A stretch of DNA of 64,000 bases from Verrucomicrobiota bacterium (GTDB lineage Bacteria > Verrucomicrobiota > Verrucomicrobiia > JABWAM01), in NCBI GenBank assembly GCA_023269615.1, contig JAHFSY010000003.1, positions 87,665 to 151,664 on the forward strand, in the 5' to 3' direction. Shown one piece after another: positions 19,078 through 27,658 of this stretch. Under the pieces are notes generated by a model that made no database searches, was not told the origin of the DNA, and was given only the letters and a program-made list of their open reading frames with translations. The position numbers and the translations under genes were made by a program. Positions within the stretch are counted from its first letter, which is position 1. Each line of letters begins with the position of its first letter.

Positions 19078-19560
19078 ATGATACGACGATTTCACCACGC
19101 GGGCTTTACGGTTTCCAATGTGGATGCCGCCGAGCGATTTTTCACAAAAAACTTCGGCATGCGCCGCATCGGCGGTGGCGTGTACGATCTCCCCTACATG
19201 CGGCGGCAGGTGGGTTTCCCGAATGCCATCCTGAAAGTGGCCGTGATGGCGTTTCCCGAGGGAAAATCCTGGTCGCAGGTGGACCGCGTCGAGCTCATCG
19301 AGTACCTGCGCCCGAAGGGGAGGCCTGTCGGCACGGACACCAACCGGCCTGGTGGCGCGCACCTCTGCTTCCTCGTGGACGACCTTCACTCGATATACAA
19401 AAAGCTTCGCAGGCGCGGCGTGCGCTTCAAGTCGTCGCCCAATCACGTGACTTTCGGAATCAACAAGGGAGCGTGGGCTGTCTATTTCAACGGGCCTGGC
19501 GGGATCGCCCTTGAGCTGTTTCAACCACCGCCCAAAACCAAACAAAGGAAAAAATCATGA
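19078..19560 (+). CDS. VOC/glyoxalase-family protein
   Basis: 'MIRRFHHAGFTVSNVDAAERFFTKNFG' is a typical VOC beta-alpha-beta-beta-beta N-terminal module. 160 aa. Confidence 0.55.
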   Translation: MIRRFHHAGFTVSNVDAAERFFTKNFGMRRIGGGVYDLPYMRRQVGFPNAILKVAVMAFPEGKSWSQVDRVELIEYLRPKGRPVGTDTNRPGGAHLCFLVDDLHSIYKKLRRRGVRFKSSPNHVTFGINKGAWAVYFNGPGGIALELFQPPPKTKQRKKS

Positions 19561-20687
19561 GTGCCAAGGTATCCAAAGTCGGAATTCTCAGCCAGGACCA
19601 GATCAACGTTGCAGCCCGGCGTCCGCAATCGCGCAAACGCAAGGCGCGCATCGGGTTCATTGGCGTTGGCTGGTGGGCCACCACCAACCACATGCCGGTG
19701 CTGCTTGCGCGAAAGGACGTGGAACTTGTCAGCGCCTGCGGGCTCGACCCCGCGCTCAACAGGAAGCTCCAGCGCGACTTTGGTTTCCAGCACACGACGG
19801 CCAATTACCATGAGCTGTTGAAGCAGGACCTCGACGGCGTGATTGTCGCGTCGCCACATCGTTTCCATGGGGAACACACGCTCGCCGCGTTGAAGGCCGG
19901 CTGTCACGTGATGGTGGAGAAGCCGATGGCGACCAGCGCGACCGAGGCCCGCGCCATGGTGGCGCTGGCGAAGAAAAAACGCCTGCATCTCATGGTTCCG
20001 TACGGCTGGCATTACCGCCCCATTGGGATCAAGGCCCACGAACTCATGATGAAAAATCCCGTGGGCGAGATCGAGTATGTCCTTTGCCACATGGCGTCCC
20101 CTGTCAAAAATCTGATGTCAGGCAAGTCGTTTGATTTCATGGCGGGCTCCTACGTCGGCGCGAAACTCTCCACGTGGTCTGATCCCCGGGTTTCACACGG
20201 CGGCTATGGGCAGGGTCAGCTCTCGCACGCGCTCGGCCTGATGCTCTGGCTCACGGGTCTTCGCGCAAAGACCGTTTATGCGAACATGAACAACACGAAG
20301 TACTCGAAGGTGGACATGTATGATGCCCTCAGCGTTCGTTTTGACAATGGGGTCGTCGGATCAATCTCGGGCGCAGCGACGCTCCCGATGGGCACGCCGG
20401 GCGTGTTCCAGCTCGACGTCCGCATCTTCGGCAGCAAAGGGGTCCTCATCGTGGACATCGCCCGCGACCACGTCTCGCTGCACACGCACAAGGGACGTCA
20501 CGAGACGGTTCCTCTCAAGCCCGGCGACGGCGCATATCAGTGCGACACTCCGCCGCATCAATTCGTGGAGCTGATCCTCGGCCTGACGAAGGTGAATCCC
20601 TCTCCTGGAGAAGTCGGGATGCGTGCCACGGAAATTTTACACACCGCTTATCGGTCCGTGAAGAGTGGTCGGGTGGAAAAGGTATAA
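19557..20687 (+). CDS. Gfo/Idh/MocA-family NAD(P)-dependent oxidoreductase (sugar dehydrogenase-like)
   Basis: 'IGFIGVGWWA' Rossmann block, 'EKPMATS' catalytic block and a C-terminal alpha/beta domain. Confidence 0.85.
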   Translation: MSAKVSKVGILSQDQINVAARRPQSRKRKARIGFIGVGWWATTNHMPVLLARKDVELVSACGLDPALNRKLQRDFGFQHTTANYHELLKQDLDGVIVASPHRFHGEHTLAALKAGCHVMVEKPMATSATEARAMVALAKKKRLHLMVPYGWHYRPIGIKAHELMMKNPVGEIEYVLCHMASPVKNLMSGKSFDFMAGSYVGAKLSTWSDPRVSHGGYGQGQLSHALGLMLWLTGLRAKTVYANMNNTKYSKVDMYDALSVRFDNGVVGSISGAATLPMGTPGVFQLDVRIFGSKGVLIVDIARDHVSLHTHKGRHETVPLKPGDGAYQCDTPPHQFVELILGLTKVNPSPGEVGMRATEILHTAYRSVKSGRVEKV

Positions 20688-20696
20688 CGGGCAGTC

Positions 20697-21485
20697 ATGA
20701 AACGTTTCGCGAGCAAGGCGGTGATCGTGACCGGGGCCGGAAGCGGCCTCGGTCGCGCCGTCGCGCTTCGCGTGGCCAAGGAAGGAGGCTCCGTCGTGGC
20801 CGCGGACTTGAACGCCGACGCACTGGGAAAACTCGCGGCCGGGGTTTCGGAACCTGGCGTGCGCATTCACACGGTTGCGTGTGATGCCGGTGAGCCCACG
20901 ACGGGACAACGCCTGGCCGATGCTGCAATCAAGGAGTTTGGGAGGATCGATGGCTTCGTTCCGTGCGCGGGCATCATCCGCTTCAAGCCCGTCACAGAAC
21001 TTGATCTTGCCCAATGGGACTCAGTGATGAACCTCAATCTGCGTGGCGCATTTTTTGCCGTGCAGGCAGTTGCCAACACCATGATCGCGCGGGGATGCGT
21101 CGGGTCCATCATCAACATTTCATCGACATCGGGCGACGGACCGCGTCCCGACTGTGCGGATTACGGAATCAGCCGCGCGGGGATCAACCACATGACGCGC
21201 ACCTATGCGTTGAAGCTGGCGCCGAAGGGAATCCGCGTCAATGCGGTGAGTCCCGGCGTGATCGAAACGGCGATGTGGACGCAGGTGGATCGCGAGCGCG
21301 GGGCGATGCTTGGATTGAAGCCCGGGGAATTGATCCGGAAAATGGAGCAGGAAATTCCGATGGGACGCGTGGGAACGGCGGACGAAGTCGCCTCGCTCAT
21401 CGCATTCCTGCTCTCGGAGGAATCATCCTACGTGACGGGCCAGATCATCACGATTGATGGCGGCTACAAACTGAACCATGCGTGA
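20697..21485 (+). CDS. SDR-family NAD(P)-dependent oxidoreductase (paralog 2, collinear with the SDR at 17035)
   Basis: Nearly collinear with the other SDR ('VVAADLNADAL', 'IDGFVPCAGIIRF', 'YGISRAG'). Confidence 0.85.
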   Translation: MKRFASKAVIVTGAGSGLGRAVALRVAKEGGSVVAADLNADALGKLAAGVSEPGVRIHTVACDAGEPTTGQRLADAAIKEFGRIDGFVPCAGIIRFKPVTELDLAQWDSVMNLNLRGAFFAVQAVANTMIARGCVGSIINISSTSGDGPRPDCADYGISRAGINHMTRTYALKLAPKGIRVNAVSPGVIETAMWTQVDRERGAMLGLKPGELIRKMEQEIPMGRVGTADEVASLIAFLLSEESSYVTGQIITIDGGYKLNHA

Positions 21486-21487
21486 GC

Positions 21488-21538
21488 AAATGAAGGCAAA
21501 TGAAGAATGAAAAATGAAGAATGAAAAAATAGAACTGA
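21488..21538. repeat. GAATGAA octamer-repeat element, copy R2
   Basis: 'aaatgaaggcaaatgaagaatgaaaaatgaagaatgaaaaaatag' lies immediately after the SDR stop. Confidence 0.6.
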
Positions 21539-21625
21539 AAGACTCGGCGGAATATTTTTCGTGCTGGATCATCCGTTAGGCGAATGGGATAGCAGAATAA
21601 GCTGGGACATTTTTCATTTATTTTT

Positions 21626-23020
21626 ATGCGCATCGCATACCTGCCATTTTACGTGAATTACTACGAGGGCATCTGCCCGGATTTTCCGCGCGAGAAGACG
21701 GAAGCGGCCCGGCGTTGTGCCGGCGTGCTGGCGAAGCATGGCGAGCTGGTCTGGGATGGAAAGTTGATTTGCGACGTCGCGCAGGCGGAGGCCGCGGGAA
21801 AAGCGCTGGCCGGCCAGCAGCTCGATTGCGTGGTGGTTTTCACGAGCATCGCGGTATTTGGCGGAATTCCGTGGGCTGCGTTGAAGCACATTCAAGCGCC
21901 CATCCTCATCTGGAACGCGCAGGCGATCCCGAGTGTGGGGAAGGGCTACACGATGGTGGAGATCGTGCGCAACACGGGGCAGATCGGGACGCAGGCCCTC
22001 GCCAATACGCTTCTGCGCGAGGGGAGATGGTTCCGCGTGGTGACGGCGTATGAGAAAAGCCCGCGGACCGCGGCGGAACTCAAAAAGTTTTTCGGAGTCA
22101 TCCACGCCGTCTCTGCCGTGAAACGGGCCCGCCTACTCGCCGTGGGCGAATCGTTTCCGATGATGACGGATATTCTCATGGACGAGGCCGACCTTGCGAA
22201 ACACATCGGGGCAAGTGTCACGCATGTTTCAAACGCGGAACTCACCAGCCGTTACGAGTCGGTGCCCGATGGAGCCGTGAAAAAGACCATGCTTGAGATG
22301 AGGAATTCAAACCAGGTGAAGGAGTTGACGGAGGACGAGATTGTGCGCTCGTCGCGCCTTTGCGCGAGCCTCGACTCGCTGGTCGGGGAACATCGTGCCG
22401 ATGCGGGCACGCTCAATTGTCATGTGGGGGTTTGTTTGAGAAATCCAAAAATCGGCGTCACCGCGTGCTACAGCCTGGGTGTACAGAACAGCCAGGGACG
22501 TCCGTTCACCTGCACCGGGGACCTGCCGACGGCGGTGGCGATGCTGTTGCTCAAAAAAATGACGGGCATTGCGATGTACACCGAGGTGCAGGTGATGGAT
22601 GAGAAGCGGCGTGCGATCGTGATTGCGAATTCCGGCGAAGGCGAGGAAGGCATCCGCCGTCCCGGCTCCAAATCGCAGGTGCGCGGCAACACGAATTTCA
22701 AGGGGGTTCATGGGCGCGGCGCTTCGTTCGCGTATGCGTTGAAACCCGGTCCCGCCACGGTCATCAGCTTCACGCCTTCGCCGAAGAGCGCGAAGCCGTT
22801 CCGGCTCATCGTTGCCGAGGGGGAGATCTTGAAGGAGACATTGCCCGATGCCGGCGCGCTGGCCGGATTTTTTCGCTTTGCCCATGCCGACCTTCACACG
22901 GGTTACACGCGCTGGCTCGAGGCGGGTGCCGTGCACCACGCGGGAACCACCACGGGCCACTGGGCGCGTGAGCTTGCCGCGGCTGCGGAATTGCTGAACA
23001 TCGAATGCGTCCAAATCTGA
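21626..23020 (+). CDS. L-arabinose/L-fucose isomerase-family protein
   Basis: 464 aa. The N-terminal domain is arabinose-isomerase-like ('GESFPMM') and the C-terminus resembles the FucI/AraA C-terminal domain. Confidence 0.55.
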   Translation: MRIAYLPFYVNYYEGICPDFPREKTEAARRCAGVLAKHGELVWDGKLICDVAQAEAAGKALAGQQLDCVVVFTSIAVFGGIPWAALKHIQAPILIWNAQAIPSVGKGYTMVEIVRNTGQIGTQALANTLLREGRWFRVVTAYEKSPRTAAELKKFFGVIHAVSAVKRARLLAVGESFPMMTDILMDEADLAKHIGASVTHVSNAELTSRYESVPDGAVKKTMLEMRNSNQVKELTEDEIVRSSRLCASLDSLVGEHRADAGTLNCHVGVCLRNPKIGVTACYSLGVQNSQGRPFTCTGDLPTAVAMLLLKKMTGIAMYTEVQVMDEKRRAIVIANSGEGEEGIRRPGSKSQVRGNTNFKGVHGRGASFAYALKPGPATVISFTPSPKSAKPFRLIVAEGEILKETLPDAGALAGFFRFAHADLHTGYTRWLEAGAVHHAGTTTGHWARELAAAAELLNIECVQI

Positions 23021-23025
23021 TCATG

Positions 23026-24141
23026 AAAAAACAAATCATTCTTCCGCAGGTCGAGTTGAACATGGAAAGCTGCACGGTCGTGCGCTGGCTGGTGAAGGCC
23101 GGCGACGCCGTGAGGGCCGAGCAGCCGATCATGGAAGTTGAAACGCAAAAAGCCGTGGTGGAGGTTCCGTCCTCCGACGCCGGTTTCATCCGCAAACTCT
23201 GCGTGAAGGAAGGAGACTCGATTGGTGAGAAAGCGTTGCTCTGCATCGTCACCGACGCGGCCGACGAGCCGTTTGATTCTGAAGCTCCGCAGGCTGTAGC
23301 CGCGGTCGTTGACCGCGGTGGATCGGAAAGACCGCGGTCAACGACCGCGGCTACAGAGGAAGGCGGCGGAATCAAGGCCGCGCCCGCTGCGCGCAAGCTT
23401 GCAAAAGATCTCGGCGTTGATCTGGGAAGCGTGAAGGGCACCGGCCCGGGCGGAAGAATCACCGTCGAGGATGTGCAGGCATTTGATCCGAAGCTCCGTG
23501 CTTCCGTGTCCTCCGTCGTTGATTTCGTATCCCGGGTTGCAGGGGATTGGAATCCGCTTCCTGCTTCCCGCATCGCCCTCAACGCCCAGATGACAAAATC
23601 GCTTGCGGAGATTCCGCAGATCCACATCGTGCGACAACTGGATGTTGCGGCGATTTCAGTCAAGGCCGAGGGCGTCACCTTCACGCACCGGCTCGTTTGT
23701 GCCGTTGCCGCGGCGCTGGTGCGTCATCCTGCGCTTCGCATGGTCCTTGATCGCGATCGCGTGAAGACGGAACCCGTGAGCGTGGCGGTGGCGATGGACA
23801 CGCCGCGCGGACTGGTGGCGCCCGCGTTGCGGAATGCTGACAAACTTTCCCTGCAGCAGGTTGCCGCGGCGACCAAGGATTTTCGTGCGCGCGCCGAGGC
23901 GGGGACGCTGAAGCGCGACGAACTGGTGAACGCGCCTTTTGCGATCACCAACCTCGGAATGCTGGGGGTGGATTTCTTCAGCGCGTTTGTGTTTCACGGG
24001 CAGACCGCGGTCCTTGCCGTGGGGCGTTCGGTCGGGGGCAAGGCATGGTTCAGCCTTGCCGTGGACCATCGCATTGTGGATGGCGCGGAGGGGGCGAGAT
24101 TCCTGGAGACGCTGCAGCAGCAAATGCAAAATGCAGAATGA
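23026..24141 (+). CDS. 2-oxoacid dehydrogenase E2 (dihydrolipoamide acyltransferase): lipoyl domain, PSBD and catalytic domain
   Basis: Lipoyl domain with lipoyl-Lys in the variant block 'EVETQKAVVEV'. PSBD 'ARKLAKDLGVDLGSVKGTGPGGRIT'. Catalytic 'DHRIVDGAEGARFL'. Confidence 0.8.
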   Translation, partial: KKQIILPQVELNMESCTVVRWLVKAGDAVRAEQPIMEVETQKAVVEVPSSDAGFIRKLCVKEGDSIGEKALLCIVTDAADEPFDSEAPQAVAAVVDRGGSERPRSTTAATEEGGGIKAAPAARKLAKDLGVDLGSVKGTGPGGRITVEDVQAFDPKLRASVSSVVDFVSRVAGDWNPLPASRIALNAQMTKSLAEIPQIHIVRQLDVAAISVKAEGVTFTHRLVCAVAAALVRHPALRMVLDRDRVKTEPVSVAVAMDTPRGLVAPALRNADKLSLQQVAAATKDFRARAEAGTLKRDELVNAPFAITNLGMLGVDFFSAFVFHGQTAVLAVGRSVGGKAWFSLAVDHRIVDGAEGARFLETLQQQMQNAE

Positions 24142-24155
24142 AGAATGCAAAATGA
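24121..24155. repeat. GAATGAA/AATGCAG repeat element, copy R3, at the E2/sucC-like junction
   Basis: 'caaatgcaaaatgcagaatgaagaatgcaaaatgag' encodes the E2 C-terminus 'QMQNAE' and the sucC-like start. Confidence 0.6.
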
Positions 24156-25363
24156 GATTACTTGAACATCAAGCGAAGAAGTTGCTGGCTCAATTTGGCC
24201 TGGCTTTCACGCGGTCGGTGGTCGTGAGCAGTCCCGAAGCCGCTGTTGATGCGGCAAAACAGCTGCAGAATTTTTCATTTTTCACTTTGCATTCTGCATT
24301 TGTTCTCAAGGCGCAGGTGCCTTTTGGTGGCCGGGGGAAGGCGGGTGCGGTTCGTTTTGCTGTGACGCCCGACGATGCGCGACGCGAGGCCGGAGAATTG
24401 CTCGCCATGAATTTGCGCGGGGTCCAGGTCACGAGCGTTTCCGTCGAGGAGAAGCTGGCGTTCACGAGGGAATTTTATGCGGGCGTGGCATGGGACACGC
24501 AGGCGAAACTGCCTGTTGCATTGCTCAGCATCGCCGGTGGTGTGGAGGTTGAGCAATCTTCGCATGAGAACCTGGCGCGACGGGCCTTTGATCCATGGAT
24601 GGGACTTTCCCCTTACATCGGGCGCGAGATGGCGGCGAGTGTCGGGCTGAAGGGAAGGACTCTCTCGGGCATGGGTGCGTTCCTTGAAAAACTCGCGCAG
24701 GCATTTCTTGCCTGTGATGCCGTGACGATGGAAATCAATCCTGTCGTGGAAACGACCGATGGCGTGCTCATCGGGCTCGATGCGCATGTGGAGATCGAGG
24801 ATGACGCCGCGTATCGGCAGAAGGAACGCCTCGCGGCCATTGGTGACATTGCGCCGACGGCGACGGGTCGCGCGCCCACGGCGCTGGAATTGGAATCGCA
24901 GAGGATCGACGCCATGGATCACCGCGGCGTGGCCGGGCGCGTGGTGGAATTTGATGGAGACCTGGCCCTTTTGATCGGCGGAGGTGGCGCGAGCCTGACC
25001 GTGTTCGACGCGGTGAGGCGCCACGGCGGCAAGCCCGCGAATTATTGCGAGGTCGGCGGCAACCCCACGGAAGAAAAGGTGGCGGCGTTGACCGCCCTGC
25101 TGCTTTCAAAAAAGGGCGTCAAAAAAATGGCTGTCATCATGAACGTGGTCAACAACACGCGTGCGGACGTGATGGCCCGGGGGGTTTTGATGGGAATTGA
25201 AAAAGCGGGACGAAAGCCGTCCGAGGCGATTTCCGTGTTTCGCATTCCCGGTTCGTGGGAACAGGAGGCGCGGGATCTCCTGGCCAAGGCGGGTGTCCGG
25301 GCGCTCGGGCGTGAAATCTCACTCGATGAGTCAGCTAGATTGGCGGTGCAACATGTTGCTTGA
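24152..25363 (+). CDS. Succinyl-CoA synthetase beta-subunit-like ATP-grasp ligase (ADP-forming acid-CoA ligase beta)
   Basis: 'MRLLEHQAKKLLAQFGL' N-terminus and 'VLKAQVPFGGRGKAG'. Carries a 12-aa in-frame insertion 'QNFSFFTLHSAF' encoded by an inverted copy of the GAATGAA/AATGCAG repeat. Confidence 0.75.
   Translation: MRLLEHQAKKLLAQFGLAFTRSVVVSSPEAAVDAAKQLQNFSFFTLHSAFVLKAQVPFGGRGKAGAVRFAVTPDDARREAGELLAMNLRGVQVTSVSVEEKLAFTREFYAGVAWDTQAKLPVALLSIAGGVEVEQSSHENLARRAFDPWMGLSPYIGREMAASVGLKGRTLSGMGAFLEKLAQAFLACDAVTMEINPVVETTDGVLIGLDAHVEIEDDAAYRQKERLAAIGDIAPTATGRAPTALELESQRIDAMDHRGVAGRVVEFDGDLALLIGGGGASLTVFDAVRRHGGKPANYCEVGGNPTEEKVAALTALLLSKKGVKKMAVIMNVVNNTRADVMARGVLMGIEKAGRKPSEAISVFRIPGSWEQEARDLLAKAGVRALGREISLDESARLAVQHVA
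24265..24308. repeat. Inverted copy (R3b) of the GAATGAA/AATGCAG repeat lying in-frame inside the sucC-like CDS
   Basis: 'cagaatttttcatttttcactttgcattctgcatttgttctc' is the reverse complement of the R3/R4-type sequence. Confidence 0.55.
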
Positions 25364-26243
25364 TCCAAAAGCGGGAATCCTCGTCCAGGGCATCACGGGC
25401 CGCGAAGCCACCGGAATGGTGGAGGACGCGCTTGCGTACGGAAGCCGGATTGTCGCCGGGGTCACGCCGGGAAAAGGAGGCCAGCAGGTTCACGGTGTGC
25501 CGGTGTTCGACACCGTGGCTGAGGCGGTCGCAAAGCATCAGCCGACGGTGAGCGTGATTTCCGTTCCCGCGCCGGCGGTTCTTGATGCGGCGCTGGAGTC
25601 GTTTGCGCACGGGATCCGGCTGTGCCTCATCATGTCGGAGCGCGTGCCACGACTCGATACGTGCAAGCTGGTGGAGGCCGCGAAACGCGTGGGATGCACG
25701 GTCATCGGGCCCAACACGCTGGGGCTCATCTGTCCGGGCGTTGCGAAGCTGGGCACGATCGGCGGGCGTCTCGACAACGTCAAACAGTCGTTCAAGTCCG
25801 GGAAGGTGGCAGTGCTTTCGCGGAGCGGGGGGATGACGACGGAGATCGCAAGTTTTCTCACAAGCCGCGGCATCGGGCAGAGCATCGCGATTGGCGTGGG
25901 AGGCGACCCGATCATCGGCGCAAATTTCACGGAGCTGATCGAGTTGCTGGAGAATGATTCCTCGACGGACGCCGTGGTGATCTACGGGGAACCGGGCGGG
26001 GCGGCGGAGGAGCAGCTGGCGGAGAGGTTGAAAAAGAAACCGAGTCGCCTGCGCATCAATGCTTTCCTGTCGGGTCGTTTCGTGGATGATCTGGAGGGAG
26101 TGCGCTTCGGCCATGCGGCGGTGATCGTGGAGGGAGGCCGCGGCTCGGTGCGGGGCAAGGCGGCGGCGCTGCGCGAAGCGGGCGTGTTTGTGGCGGATGC
26201 GTTTGATGACATCTTAAAAGGACTGCAGGCAAATGCAGAATGA
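25353..26243 (+). CDS. Succinyl-CoA synthetase alpha-subunit-like (CoA-binding, phospho-His) ligase subunit
   Basis: 'ILVQGITGREA' CoA-binding block, 'CTVIGPNTLGLI' and phospho-His block 'FGHAAVIVEGGRGS'. Confidence 0.75.
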   Translation: MLLDPKAGILVQGITGREATGMVEDALAYGSRIVAGVTPGKGGQQVHGVPVFDTVAEAVAKHQPTVSVISVPAPAVLDAALESFAHGIRLCLIMSERVPRLDTCKLVEAAKRVGCTVIGPNTLGLICPGVAKLGTIGGRLDNVKQSFKSGKVAVLSRSGGMTTEIASFLTSRGIGQSIAIGVGGDPIIGANFTELIELLENDSSTDAVVIYGEPGGAAEEQLAERLKKKPSRLRINAFLSGRFVDDLEGVRFGHAAVIVEGGRGSVRGKAAALREAGVFVADAFDDILKGLQANAE

Positions 26244-26262
26244 AGAATGAAGAATGAAAAAT
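26230..26262. repeat. GAATGAA/AATGCAG repeat, copy R4 (left inverted repeat of the 4HB cassette)
   Basis: 'caaatgcagaatgaagaatgaagaatgaaaaat' encodes the sucD-like C-terminus 'QANAE' and the 4HB start 'MKNEK'. Confidence 0.6.
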
Positions 26263-26612
26263 ATGATCTGGTTCCGAGGACCAAGGCATTCGCATTGCGA
26301 GTGATCAAAATGTATCTGTCTTTGCCAAATACCACGTTGGCCCAGGTTTTGGGAAAACAGGTGTTGCGATCAGGAACATCCGTGGGAGCAAATTATCGGG
26401 AAGCAAACCGTGGCCGATCGAAAGCGGAGTTCATATCCAAGATGGGAGATTGCCTCAAGGAACTCGACGAAACGGATTATTGGCTCGATTTGCTGGTGGA
26501 GTCCGCGCTGGTTTCAAAATCAAAAATGGAGGAATTAATTGACGAAACCCATCAACTTACCGCCATCCTTATCACCATCATCAACAAAGCCAAAAAGAAT
26601 GATGAGCAATAA
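26247..26612 (+). CDS. Four-helix-bundle protein (TIGR02436 / 23S rRNA intervening-sequence protein family)
   Basis: 121 aa. 'VLRSGTSVGANYREANRGRSKAEFISKMGDCLKELDETDYWLDLL' matches the conserved 4HB core. Flanked by inverted GAATGAA repeats. Confidence 0.75.
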   Translation: MKNEKYDLVPRTKAFALRVIKMYLSLPNTTLAQVLGKQVLRSGTSVGANYREANRGRSKAEFISKMGDCLKELDETDYWLDLLVESALVSKSKMEELIDETHQLTAILITIINKAKKNDEQ

Positions 26613-26662
26613 AATGAAGGTCAGCCATTCTTCATTTTTCACTTTTCATTCTTCATTTTCTT
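26612..26662. repeat. GAATGAA repeat, copy R5 (right inverted repeat of the 4HB cassette, opposite orientation)
   Basis: 'ttcttcatttttcacttttcattcttcatttt' is the reverse complement of the forward repeat. Confidence 0.6.
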
Positions 26663-27640
26663 ATGAGCACACGACAACTCAGTATGGCGGAAGCCATCAA
26701 CGAAGCGATCCGTCACGAGATGCGGCGCGATCCCAACATCATCCTGCTCGGGCAGGACATCGGAAACTACGGCGGCACGTTCGGCGTGTACAAGGGGCTG
26801 TTCGATGAGTTCGGCCCCGAGCGCGTGCGCGATGGACCGCTTTGCGAAGCGGCGACGGCCGGATTCGGCGTCGGGCTTGCGATCAGCGGAATGCCGACGA
26901 TCGTGGAGATCGAGTTCATGGATTTCATGACGCTTGCATCCGACGCGATGTGCAACCAGGCGGCGAAGATGCGTTACTTCTTCGGCGGCCAGGTGAAGGT
27001 GCCCATGATCATCCGCACGCCGATCGTGAACCGCCTCGGCCTTGGCGCGCAGCACTCGCAAAGCCTTGAGGCATGGATGATGCACATTCCCGGCTTGCGC
27101 GTCATCATTCCCTCGAACGCAGCTGATGCGAAGGGGCTGTTGCTGACAGCGATCCGCGAAGGAAATCCGACGGTGTTTGTCGAGCATGTACGCTTGTATC
27201 CGTCAAAGTCCCCCGTGGATGATGCCGACACGCCGATTCCGCTCGGCAAGCTGCGCGTTGCGCGCGAGGGAAAGGATGTGACGATTGCGACCTACAGCGG
27301 CATGGTGAAGCCTTCGCTGGATGCGGCGATCAATCTTGCGAACGATGGCATCGAGTGCGAAGTGCTCGACCTGCGCACGCTTGCGCCGCTCGATCGCGAG
27401 GGAATTTGCGCATCCGTGAAAAAAACCGGGCGGCTTGTCGTGGCGCATGAGGCGGTGAAGACCGCGGGGGCGGGGGCGGAGATTGCGCAGACAGCGATGG
27501 AGGGCGCGTTCGATTATCTGCAGGCGCCGATCCTGCGCGTGGCGTCGAAAGACCTGCCGATCCCGACCGGGAAACTGCAGGACCTCGTTTATCCGAACAG
27601 TGCGGATGTGGAGACGGCCGTGAGAAAGGTGATGGAATAA
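26663..27640 (+). CDS. 2-oxoacid (pyruvate/acetoin-type) dehydrogenase E1 component beta subunit
   Basis: Transketolase-like pyrimidine-binding and C-terminal domains ('EIEFMDFM', 'RTPIVNRLGLGAQHSQS'). Confidence 0.85.
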   Translation: MSTRQLSMAEAINEAIRHEMRRDPNIILLGQDIGNYGGTFGVYKGLFDEFGPERVRDGPLCEAATAGFGVGLAISGMPTIVEIEFMDFMTLASDAMCNQAAKMRYFFGGQVKVPMIIRTPIVNRLGLGAQHSQSLEAWMMHIPGLRVIIPSNAADAKGLLLTAIREGNPTVFVEHVRLYPSKSPVDDADTPIPLGKLRVAREGKDVTIATYSGMVKPSLDAAINLANDGIECEVLDLRTLAPLDREGICASVKKTGRLVVAHEAVKTAGAGAEIAQTAMEGAFDYLQAPILRVASKDLPIPTGKLQDLVYPNSADVETAVRKVME

Positions 27641-27658
27641 TTTGTTGAAAGGAAAATC

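Noticed and set aside
23026-24141. E2 lipoyl domain carrying 'ETQKA' instead of 'ETDKA', as evidence of a non-lipoylated pseudo-E2.
   Set aside because: The lipoyl lysine itself and the flanking hydrophobic pattern are retained. A single D-to-Q change next to the Lys is within the natural variation of lipoyl domains.
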